IMG/VR virus record: IMGVR_UViG_3300026536_000001
Location: 1 to 59,586 of that record
Direction: 5' to 3' (one strand)
From: a virus
Lineage: Duplodnaviria > Caudoviricetes
Length of the DNA: 59,586 bases
Below are positions 51,590-59,341 of the stretch, one piece after another; position 1 is the stretch's first letter, and each line of letters starts with the position of its first letter. The notes below the pieces were generated by a model. That model was not told the DNA's origin. It saw only the letters and a program-made list of their open reading frames with translations, and ran no database searches. Both the position numbers and the translations under genes were made by a program.

Positions 51590-51662
51590 CTCGCCTTCGT
51601 CTCAGACCACCTCGCAACGCGGCACCTCGCGGCACGGCACGTCACCGCACAACTCGGCTTCA
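51590..51662 (-). ncRNA. YG-NNN guide cassette (1 unit) matching gene 51200-51550
   Basis: LTLNGLGGVR(N) vs resident CTMNGIQGVKN. Confidence 0.8.
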
Positions 51663-53102
51663 TCCCTTCGACCATCTACTCATGATTTTTGACTCCGCTT
51701 CGACAGGTACACGAAGATATGACTCCGATGAGTCTCTGTCAAGCATAACATTCATCATGGTCGCGGCAGTCATGTCCCCGACAACCTCGGCCCACTCTTC
51801 TTCGACTTCAGACAGCAGTTCGTCGTGGATACTTACGAGCGGTTGCACCCAGACATTCCTCTTTCGGAGGTCTTCGTGGACTTCCTCCATCTCTCCCATC
51901 GTCAGCCGCATCCAATCCGCACCCGTACCCTGGACCGGCATGTTGGCGGCCTGTCTCAACCCTGCCGCTCGAATATGGGGTAGCGCCGACTGGACTTCAG
52001 GCACCTTCCTAACACGCCCGAATAGGGTCCACACGACACCGTACCGCCGCGCCCGATAGAACTGGTCCTCGATATAACCCTTGACTCCCGGATACCACTC
52101 ATTGAACCAGCGTTCAATAAACCGTTCGCACCATGCCACGTCGATCTCCGGAGGGAGAGGGAGATTGGCCGTCGCGTAGGTTACACACATCATGTCGAAC
52201 AGTCCTGGCCCGCCCAGACCATAGAACACCCCGAAATTCACATTGCGGCTCGGTGTCCGCTGCGTGATGTAATCTGGCGTCTGGGTATTGAACGCCAATT
52301 TGGCCGTCTCGTTGTGGGGGTCAATGCCGAGTTTGAAGATCCGGATCAGGTTCGCGTCCTGGCTGTAATGCGACCCGATTCGCATCTCCTCTTGACTGAA
52401 ATCCGCCGAAACTAAACGGGTTCCCGGACTGGCAACAAACCCCTTGCGAAGTTCGCGTCCCAGTGCCGTACGGGAAGGGATGTTCTGGAGGTTGGGATTC
52501 TTCGTTGCCAACCGGCCGGTCTCTGTCCGCGTATCTAATACTTCCGCATGGACCCGATCGGTCGCTCCATAGTGTTTTAATCCGCACCAGCAGCTCCCCG
52601 CCGGATGGTGCCGCGCTAATTTGGGTAGCGCATCGCAATAGGTACTTTTAAGTTTCATTCTCTCGCGATAATCCAACACTTTCTGAATCACCGGATGCTC
52701 GCGCTTCAACCCTTCCAACTGCTTCTTCCCCGTCGATACCCGGCTGCCAGAAGGAGTCATCTTCAACGGCTTTCCCTGACCGACTTTCAGTACATCAAAA
52801 AGCAGGGTGGCCAGTTGATCCGACGATCCCACATTCATGGGTAGATAATCGTCATCGCCAATGAGATTGGAACGGCTGATGAACTCTTCTAACCGGTCCG
52901 GAGGGATCACCTCACAGATCTCTTCACGCAAGTAACGGGCTTCCCGTTCCAGGCGGATACCGAGATCGGCGAAGTAGCCTTTATCGATCGCAATACCATA
53001 TTGCATCATCCGGCGGACCATCGGAACGGGTAACAAATCGAGCTTTCTCACGTTTTCGAGGTCGGGACGGTTGGTTACTTGGATATCACCATACAGGCTC
53101 AT
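51660..53102 (-). CDS. polA: family A DNA polymerase, polymerase domain
   Basis: TETGRLA..NPNLQNIP, ADFSQEE (motif A), RNVNFGVFYG (B), IHDEL (C). Confidence 0.92.
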   Translation of the reverse strand: MSLYGDIQVTNRPDLENVRKLDLLPVPMVRRMMQYGIAIDKGYFADLGIRLEREARYLREEICEVIPPDRLEEFISRSNLIGDDDYLPMNVGSSDQLATLLFDVLKVGQGKPLKMTPSGSRVSTGKKQLEGLKREHPVIQKVLDYRERMKLKSTYCDALPKLARHHPAGSCWCGLKHYGATDRVHAEVLDTRTETGRLATKNPNLQNIPSRTALGRELRKGFVASPGTRLVSADFSQEEMRIGSHYSQDANLIRIFKLGIDPHNETAKLAFNTQTPDYITQRTPSRNVNFGVFYGLGGPGLFDMMCVTYATANLPLPPEIDVAWCERFIERWFNEWYPGVKGYIEDQFYRARRYGVVWTLFGRVRKVPEVQSALPHIRAAGLRQAANMPVQGTGADWMRLTMGEMEEVHEDLRKRNVWVQPLVSIHDELLSEVEEEWAEVVGDMTAATMMNVMLDRDSSESYLRVPVEAESKIMSRWSKG

Positions 53103-53332
53103 ATCCGCCGGTTTGGCTCATACCCACCGATCTCCGGCCATAACTGACCTATCCAATACTTGAAGCCTTCAGAGTCGATCAGGCCCGCCCGCCACAACTG
53201 GAGGAGAACGAGTTTACGGTTTGTGTTCACCGCAAGCCATTGACGATATAACGGCTGGGCAATCGGAACGGATGGGATCGCCATCGCCGCCACGGCTCCT
53301 CCGCAACACTTGAAGAAATCTCTTCGGTTCAT
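53099..53332 (-). CDS. small protein with Tat-like N-terminus (MNRRDFFK)
   Basis: twin-arginine-like motif. Confidence 0.55.
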   Translation of the reverse strand: MNRRDFFKCCGGAVAAMAIPSVPIAQPLYRQWLAVNTNRKLVLLQLWRAGLIDSEGFKYWIGQLWPEIGGYEPNRRI

Positions 53333-53673
53333 CTTTCGAAATCGGCCATCATTTCAACGGCTCGATCGGCAGCCGTCACTAGTTGATGAAGTAAGGGCAA
53401 CAGCACTGAGGAAAGAGCGACGATGGAATTCAGAGGATCTTTCCCCTTGACCCGCGCCATCAAATCCCCGGCGATCGCCTGAGTCTCTTCCAACGCACCC
53501 GGTCTGGCGATACGGTGGCAAATCGCGCTGAGTGGTATCTGAACTTGTTGGGCAAGCTTCGCGATCTCATTGCGCCGGTCGATGGTGGCTTCCAGACCAG
53601 ACTTGCCACTGGTTCTGGCCTGACTGGCTAGCTCCCTGACGGCTTCTTGAATCGCTCTCTCCTTATCGGTCAT
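53329..53673 (-). CDS. hypothetical protein
   Basis: SD GAGGAGG before MTDKER. Confidence 0.6.
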   Translation of the reverse strand: MTDKERAIQEAVRELASQARTSGKSGLEATIDRRNEIAKLAQQVQIPLSAICHRIARPGALEETQAIAGDLMARVKGKDPLNSIVALSSVLLPLLHQLVTAADRAVEMMADFER

Positions 53674-54394
53674 GATCCTCCTCACGAACCCCGAAATAGC
53701 CGAGCCGCTCCCGTTCTTCCTCAAGCGCGACCGCTAATTGCAGAGTCACATCCGCGTCTCTTACAGCGTATTCGACGGCCTCCTCTTCCGGCACCCAGCC
53801 AATCCCCTTCTCCGGGAGATCCAAATCCAACCCCCACTGCTGTTCAATCTCCTTTAACCGGCTCTCTATGTCGTAATCCGGACTCTTCATCCCAAATTTA
53901 AAAATGCGTTCCAAAGTCCTGTAGGCGATACTGGGTTTCTCGACCACCTTGACGGCTCCGCGGCGGGTTTCCTTCCACTCCAGATCCGGAGTCAAGGCCG
54001 CTTCCATCAGCAGCTCCGACAGTCTTTCCAACAGCTTTTCCCTGGAGGCGGCCCCCACGAGATCCGACCAATCTTGCATCCGGACACCGAACAGGCGGTA
54101 GCCGAGAACCTTGAGACTCTGAGGCAACCCCAGATGATATGACTCCTGAAGTGTGTCTCGATAACGTCCATGATATCGAACGCCGATGAGATCCATAACC
54201 GGCAGGTCGGCCGGAGCGTGATGGAAGACCAAAATAGCACCGCTGTCGAGCCTTGAATTGAGCAAATCCACCAAAACGGCCACTGCCTCCGTGTCGGACA
54301 TTCGAACCAAGATTCCTGTTCCCGGCCGCAGCGACACTTGGATACTGAACGGCGCCCCGGCGTGACTTTCGGTATCTATGCCGATCAAGTCCAT
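53663..54394 (-). CDS. 3'-5' proofreading exonuclease domain (split from polA)
   Basis: IGIDTE (ExoI), FHHAPADL (ExoII), YAVRDA (ExoIII). Confidence 0.85.
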   Translation of the reverse strand: MDLIGIDTESHAGAPFSIQVSLRPGTGILVRMSDTEAVAVLVDLLNSRLDSGAILVFHHAPADLPVMDLIGVRYHGRYRDTLQESYHLGLPQSLKVLGYRLFGVRMQDWSDLVGAASREKLLERLSELLMEAALTPDLEWKETRRGAVKVVEKPSIAYRTLERIFKFGMKSPDYDIESRLKEIEQQWGLDLDLPEKGIGWVPEEEAVEYAVRDADVTLQLAVALEEERERLGYFGVREEDHDR

Positions 54395-54861
54395 ATCTTC
54401 CTGTTACGGATACGACTCACGGTGCTCTGATGGACACTGAACCGTCCGGCAATCTCTAGCTGCGTCCCGACGGCCCGTCGTATCGCTTCGACGACCTTCG
54501 GCCCGTGTACCCAGCTATAGCGATGCGGCTTAACGAGGACGCCGACCCTTTTCTTCTTAGCGGCATCCCGCATGTTATCCGCGTCCGATCCTGAAAACAG
54601 ATGGGCCGGATTGCAGCAAGGCGGATTATCGCAGTGGTGGCAGATCAGGCGTGATGTGTCCATACCCGTGATAGAAGCGACAACCCGGTGGGCGTAGAAG
54701 GAAACCACATGCTTAGGCTCGATAGCCACGATAAACCGGCCGTAACCCGCAGCCGTTCTCGGACCCATCCATTCCCAGCAATCGTTTTTGTCTCCAGTGC
54801 GAATCGTCGAATGGAGACGGTGAAGTTGATCACCACTGAACTCCGGGATAGGTTTAATCAT
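54385..54861 (-). CDS. HNH homing endonuclease
   Basis: CWEWMG..YAHRV..CHHCDNPPCCNPAHL..DNMRD. Confidence 0.92.
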   Translation of the reverse strand: MIKPIPEFSGDQLHRLHSTIRTGDKNDCWEWMGPRTAAGYGRFIVAIEPKHVVSFYAHRVVASITGMDTSRLICHHCDNPPCCNPAHLFSGSDADNMRDAAKKKRVGVLVKPHRYSWVHGPKVVEAIRRAVGTQLEIAGRFSVHQSTVSRIRNRKIWT

Positions 54862-55131
54862 GTTTTATTTTCTCGGTATCGGCCCCGATCAGGTTCACTT
54901 CCGTCGTATCGCAACGGTCCACTCTCGCCTCGGCCGAACCTGAAACCGCACACATATCCGGCACATCCTCCCGAACGGCCTGGACGACCACTTCGTCTCT
55001 TCCAAATGATGAAGATCCTTCCCACAAATCGTCTTCCACTCATCCATTGTCACGGTATCGACAAGGTGGGTGGAGGAGGTCCGCCGCGAATAAACGGTAT
55101 GGTTGAATTTCCAAGCAACGTAGTCCGCCAT

Positions 55132-55344
55132 TTATTCTTCGGGCTCCGGTCCGAGATACGTCTTCCAACACTCCCCGTGCAGTCCGGTGATCAACCGCTC
55201 GCGCTCGTCTGTTGTGAGCTCCGGAAAGCATCTTTGGATCAACTCCCCCGCCTTCCAACGCCGATACGCCGCCTCGTCCAGATCGAACTGCTGGGTCTGT
55301 TTGCACACCGGACAGGGCTTGCTATAGATCCGTATCGTCGGCAT
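55132..55344 (-). CDS. small zinc-binding phage protein
   Basis: CPVC..LIQRCFPEL..RERLITG..CW. Confidence 0.65.
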   Translation of the reverse strand: MPTIRIYSKPCPVCKQTQQFDLDEAAYRRWKAGELIQRCFPELTTDERERLITGLHGECWKTYLGPEPEE

Positions 55345-55955
55345 CAGGGATTCTCCTCGAAGTACGTCCGCACCCCATCTTTATGGACCAATCGATAGTC
55401 CGTCTCGGGATATTGATCGACCGGCCACACCCACTCTCGCGTCTCCAGCCACGGTTGGAGCCGCTTCCAATCATCGAGCAACACGCTCATCCACCTCGTT
55501 TCGTGTAAACCTAACGCGGGATGATACATGGGAACAATAAATCCCTTCCAGCCAAACAAGCTCCCCTCGAAAGGACGGCCATGATCCGTCTCTAATCGGA
55601 GACCTGGAACGAGGGAACACGCCACTCCTCCTAACAGGAATACGATCTCCGGTTGAACCTTATCGAGTTCACCAGGGAGCCAATGGGCCGAACACCCGGC
55701 GATCTCTTTCTCGTTAGGAGTGCGGTTGCCCATCGCAAAACATTTTACTGTGTTGCTAACGAATACCTCCGTTCTAGAGAGCCCGGCGAGCGGGAGATAG
55801 GTTTCATTCCACTCCCGCCCGGATGGACCCACAAACGGAATCCCTTGTTTCATCTCCCACTGGCCCGGTCTTTCCCCGACGGCTCCGTATCTCGCCGGAC
55901 ATGGACCGTGACCCAGGACCGGCCTGAACCTCCTGGGACAGATGGGACAAGTCAC
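55344..55955 (-). CDS. uracil-DNA glycosylase (family 4-like)
   Basis: VGERPG..PFVGPSG..NTVKC..MYHPA. Confidence 0.88.
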   Translation of the reverse strand: MTCPICPRRFRPVLGHGPCPARYGAVGERPGQWEMKQGIPFVGPSGREWNETYLPLAGLSRTEVFVSNTVKCFAMGNRTPNEKEIAGCSAHWLPGELDKVQPEIVFLLGGVACSLVPGLRLETDHGRPFEGSLFGWKGFIVPMYHPALGLHETRWMSVLLDDWKRLQPWLETREWVWPVDQYPETDYRLVHKDGVRTYFEENP

Positions 55956-56191
55956 GCCGGTAGTCCCTCACCAACGTACTCGAACATCCTCTCCCAATCC
56001 GCCCGTGGAATATGACAATGCCGGAGCGTCCCGGCCCACTCCGGTTCGATCCGTAACGGAACATAGGTCACCAGATCCGGACCTTTCCCGTAGTGGTCCC
56101 GCGACAGGTTGATGAACAGGTACAACTCACCAACACCACCACCTTTGCCGCGGCCGGACACAGCGATCTTGCGATAAACTCCAGAGAGCAT
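55952..56191 (-). CDS. hypothetical protein
   Basis: SD GGAGG. Confidence 0.55.
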   Translation of the reverse strand: MLSGVYRKIAVSGRGKGGGVGELYLFINLSRDHYGKGPDLVTYVPLRIEPEWAGTLRHCHIPRADWERMFEYVGEGLPA

Positions 56192-56199
56192 CTGGCCTC

Positions 56200-56460
56200 C
56201 TATTTCGGGAGTAGATTTTCCGGGAAGTCGATCTTCCGTATCTTACTGTTCATCCACATCTTAGCTACCTCGAATGGTAGGCGGATGTTGAGATAGACCG
56301 CCCCTTTCAGGGTTGTGTTTACTCCATCTGCTGTTTTTGGATCGATCTCCCCGTTCAATTGAAGATTCAAAACTTCTTCGTAAACATCACGATGGTTCTG
56401 AACCGTCTTCAACGGCATGAATCGTTTCTTCTTATCATCGGCTTTGCTTTCGTCAGGCAT
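56200..56460 (-). CDS. small protein directly downstream of the main guide array (candidate accessory)
   Basis: SD AGGAG; 86 aa. Confidence 0.65.
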   Translation of the reverse strand: MPDESKADDKKKRFMPLKTVQNHRDVYEEVLNLQLNGEIDPKTADGVNTTLKGAVYLNIRLPFEVAKMWMNSKIRKIDFPENLLPK

Positions 56461-56487
56461 ACTCCTATCCTTTCTTTGAATTCGGTA

Positions 56488-57231
56488 CTCGGCTTCGTCT
56501 CAGATCACAGCACTCCAGCGCAAATCGATACTCGAATTCGTCTCGTCTCGACACGCGGCAACGCTCAACGAATCACCCCGGCCCTCGGCTTCATCTCAAC
56601 ACGTTACGTTGTGTCACACCTCGGCTTCACGTCGTCTCGCTTCGTATCGCGACACCGCTCTGCGCCTCTTGTATTCATCCCAGCACACTTCAGCGCAACC
56701 GCACAGCACGTCTCGGATTCACATCGCCTCACTGCAAGACGCAACACAACACATCGCCTCTCGACTTCGCCTCAGCTCATGTCACCGCGCATCACGACAG
56801 ATCGACTCTCGGCTTCGATTCACAACAAGCTCGACTCCGTTCATCGCGGATCGTCTCTCGGATTCATCGCAGCTCAACGCGCTTCACACCAACTCACGCC
56901 ACCACGCGACAACTCTCGGATTCACATCGGCGCACACCAGCGCAACACGTATCTCGGATTCACCTCACCACGACACTCGTCGCTACGCTTCACAACACAA
57001 CTCGAATTCGCCACAACTCACTTCGAAACAACGCACCACGCCGCGCGACACGTCTCGAATTCGTCTCACAACACTGCAACACACACCATCACGTCACACG
57101 TCGCAACTCGGATTCGTCTCGGTTCGTTTACGTATCAGGGCGTCCCCTATTCTCAATACTCGAATTCGTCTCGCGCCACACCAGCGCAACTCGCGTCGAA
57201 ACGCGGCACCTCGCTACGTCTCTCGTCTTCG
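56488..57231 (-). ncRNA. main YG-NNN guide array, 15 units between 16 handles
   Basis: handle spacings 43,53,36,48,44,48,48,49,58,38,48,53,53,52,63 (11 of 15 = 5n+3). Confidence 0.9.
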
Positions 57232-57235
57232 AGCT

Positions 57236-57937
57236 TTAGCTCGCTTCTTCAATGGTAGCGATATACTTTCCTCCGCCCGCTGATCTCTCCCCACCGTAGC
57301 CGTGCGTCCCTCCATAATTCATCAGCGTACTCAGATCCTTGATACTCACGGAGGTTCCCAGGATCTTCAATCTGAATTTGATCATGGCGGGCCGCACCAC
57401 TTCAAAGGACTTCAACGCATTGATGGGTTCTCCTCTCGGTCCTCTGGCGTGGACTGGCTTGTCCAACACTTCGTCGGCCGCAGTAACCGGAGTCCCGTCT
57501 GGCCGCAGGATCGGAATATACTCGTTGGCCTCATCCAAATATGCCCCGTTCACTACCCTTGTTGCAAAGCTCCGTTCACCTTTTATTTTCCCTATAAATT
57601 GCGCTGAGATCACCCTCGCACAATCCTTCAAATGCGCCCGTATCGTATCTTCCCGCACCACCAGCACCTCGTTCTTTTTCTGAAACACTCTTAACGGAAT
57701 GGCCGCTGTTGTTGGATTGGTCAGCGTATCGAGAACCTCCTCGGTGATCTCATCAATACTCTTTCCTCCTGCTGGCATCACGTCCGGAGCTCTACTGTCC
57801 AACCAGGGTCCGACCAGATTCCCATTGGCAGGCACAGACCCGCACAAGTCCCGGATGAAGTCCCACCTCACGTTATAAACGGTCCAGATCGAATCGTTTC
57901 TCTCTTTCGTTTTCGTTTCTTTCTCGGTAATACTCAT
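57236..57937 (-). CDS. stand-alone RAMP/Cas7-like RNA-binding protein (VIPR-like effector)
   Basis: N-terminal beta strand plus LCGSVP, TIRAHLKDCA helix, C-terminal G-rich loop YGGTHGYGGERSAGGGKY; abuts array; start MSITEK with SD AGGAG. Confidence 0.8.
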   Translation of the reverse strand: MSITEKETKTKERNDSIWTVYNVRWDFIRDLCGSVPANGNLVGPWLDSRAPDVMPAGGKSIDEITEEVLDTLTNPTTAAIPLRVFQKKNEVLVVREDTIRAHLKDCARVISAQFIGKIKGERSFATRVVNGAYLDEANEYIPILRPDGTPVTAADEVLDKPVHARGPRGEPINALKSFEVVRPAMIKFRLKILGTSVSIKDLSTLMNYGGTHGYGGERSAGGGKYIATIEEAS

Positions 57938-58016
57938 TGTTGGTTCTCCTGTTTTTATTGGCGACGTTCCGTTCCGTCTATGATGTACCGGTATCTCCCC
58001 CGGTGTAGGGAGTCTA

Positions 58017-58044
58017 ATTATATGCCCACAGTCGATATTGTCAA
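58017..58044 (-). promoter_or_regulatory. consensus sigma70 promoter TTGACA-N16-TATAAT driving RAMP gene and array
   Basis: perfect hexamers ~80 nt upstream of RAMP start. Confidence 0.8.
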
Positions 58045-58228
58045 GTGTCCACTTCAACCTTGCCATCGTGTAGACGCACGACGATTTTCAAAAACTCGGA
58101 ATTCTTCGTTTCGGCCATTATGGTTTTCGTATCCAATAAAAGACTCTTCCCGCTGCCATAGAGAAGATACAGCTTATCCAGATGTTCAATCAGGCTGTGA
58201 AACTCCGCGCGGACCTCCTGTTCAAAAG

Positions 58229-58990
58229 TCATACCGGCCTCCCATATAATTCCTTCACCACCTTCTCGGCCGTGACTCGGCTCTTCTTAATCCCGAGAGC
58301 TTGCATCCACTCCTCCACACTCGCCGAAACCATACTGACGGCGTTCGGGAAGAACTTCCCCACTTGCCATGCCCGGTGGTCGATACCTTCGATTTGACTG
58401 GCCATCCTCACCACGAGATTGGGCGGATCGGGGTGGATCAGCCGAACTGAAGTTGACTCTGGAGCTACCGGAGCATAGATGTCTCTCGGGCTCTTATGCG
58501 CCTCCCAGTCCTTCTCCCACCAGCGATAGAGATCCACAACACACTTCGCGGTCTCAGTTGGATTCGCTGTTCGACGGATCTTGACTCCGCACAATTCAAC
58601 GGAGGTGCAAAAATTATCCACTCCCTCGTATAGAGTCAACCTCTTCCCGAACAGCCCAGACCTCCATCCACCATTCCCATGGCAAATCTCCAGTTCTCCG
58701 CCTGGCCCCGGCCTCCAGATGCCCTCCACAACGAGGTATGTCACGTCGTAGGTCTTCAACAGCCCGCGCAACTGGTGGCCTTGTAACCGACCCGTCTCCA
58801 TTGATTGAATCAAGTCGGATATCGTTTTCCTCTCGACTCCAATAGAGAGCATCCCCTCCGGCCCGTTCCCAGCGAAAGCCAGGTCACCGAACTCCAGCCT
58901 CGACAACTGAACGATAACGCCGAAGGGATGGAAATAATTCTTCAATTCACGACTTCCGGCACGATCGTCTACAAGTATTTGCGGGTTCAT
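58229..58990 (-). CDS. ERCC4/XPF-domain nuclease
   Basis: ILVDDR..LEFGD..GVERKTISDL..YLVVEG. Confidence 0.85.
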   Translation of the reverse strand: MNPQILVDDRAGSRELKNYFHPFGVIVQLSRLEFGDLAFAGNGPEGMLSIGVERKTISDLIQSMETGRLQGHQLRGLLKTYDVTYLVVEGIWRPGPGGELEICHGNGGWRSGLFGKRLTLYEGVDNFCTSVELCGVKIRRTANPTETAKCVVDLYRWWEKDWEAHKSPRDIYAPVAPESTSVRLIHPDPPNLVVRMASQIEGIDHRAWQVGKFFPNAVSMVSASVEEWMQALGIKKSRVTAEKVVKELYGRPV

Positions 58991-58997
58991 CTCGACT

Positions 58998-59295
58998 CTC
59001 GGCTTCGTCTCGCTACAACTCGCGTCGGCACACTTCTCGGCTTCGTCTCGTCTCGAAACACTGCGACTCGTTGCGCTACGGGTCGTCTCTCGGATTCACC
59101 TCACGCCAGCACGAATCGACACATCTCACCACACTACTCGGATTCACCCCAACACGTCTCGTCACAACGCACCACAGCACAACACGGACCGACACTCGGA
59201 TTCACCTCACAGCAAGTCGTAACACAACACGCCGCAACGGTTCTCGACTTCACCCCACCACGCTCCACTCCACATCACGTCGCTTCTCGACTTCA
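58998..59295 (-). ncRNA. YG-NNN guide cassette, 6 units
   Basis: handle spacings 38,53,48,58,48,43 (all 5n+3). Confidence 0.88.
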
Positions 59296-59341
59296 ATCTC
59301 CGCCTTACGGCTCACGGATAAATGAGTCCGCGTAAAAGCTC

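Noticed and set aside
56488-56860. Resident targets for several short units (e.g. YIRELI, GGILRPC, RQRSIKRT/VLFIDRC, LLVRIEI, RIRNSSLN)
   Set aside because: Each has several equally weak candidate matches; not distinguishable from chance by eye
56488-57231. CRISPR array
   Set aside because: Only a 10-nt degenerate handle; the 'spacers' have internal 5-nt periodicity; no cas1/cas2
56359-57283. Long plus-strand ORFs (299 aa, 224 aa) over the main array; likewise 58805-59335, 50172-50963, 28385-28685 and the N-terminus of 2983-3321
   Set aside because: Low-complexity S/R/H/T translations arise from the 5-nt periodic repeat; no RBS or codon signal
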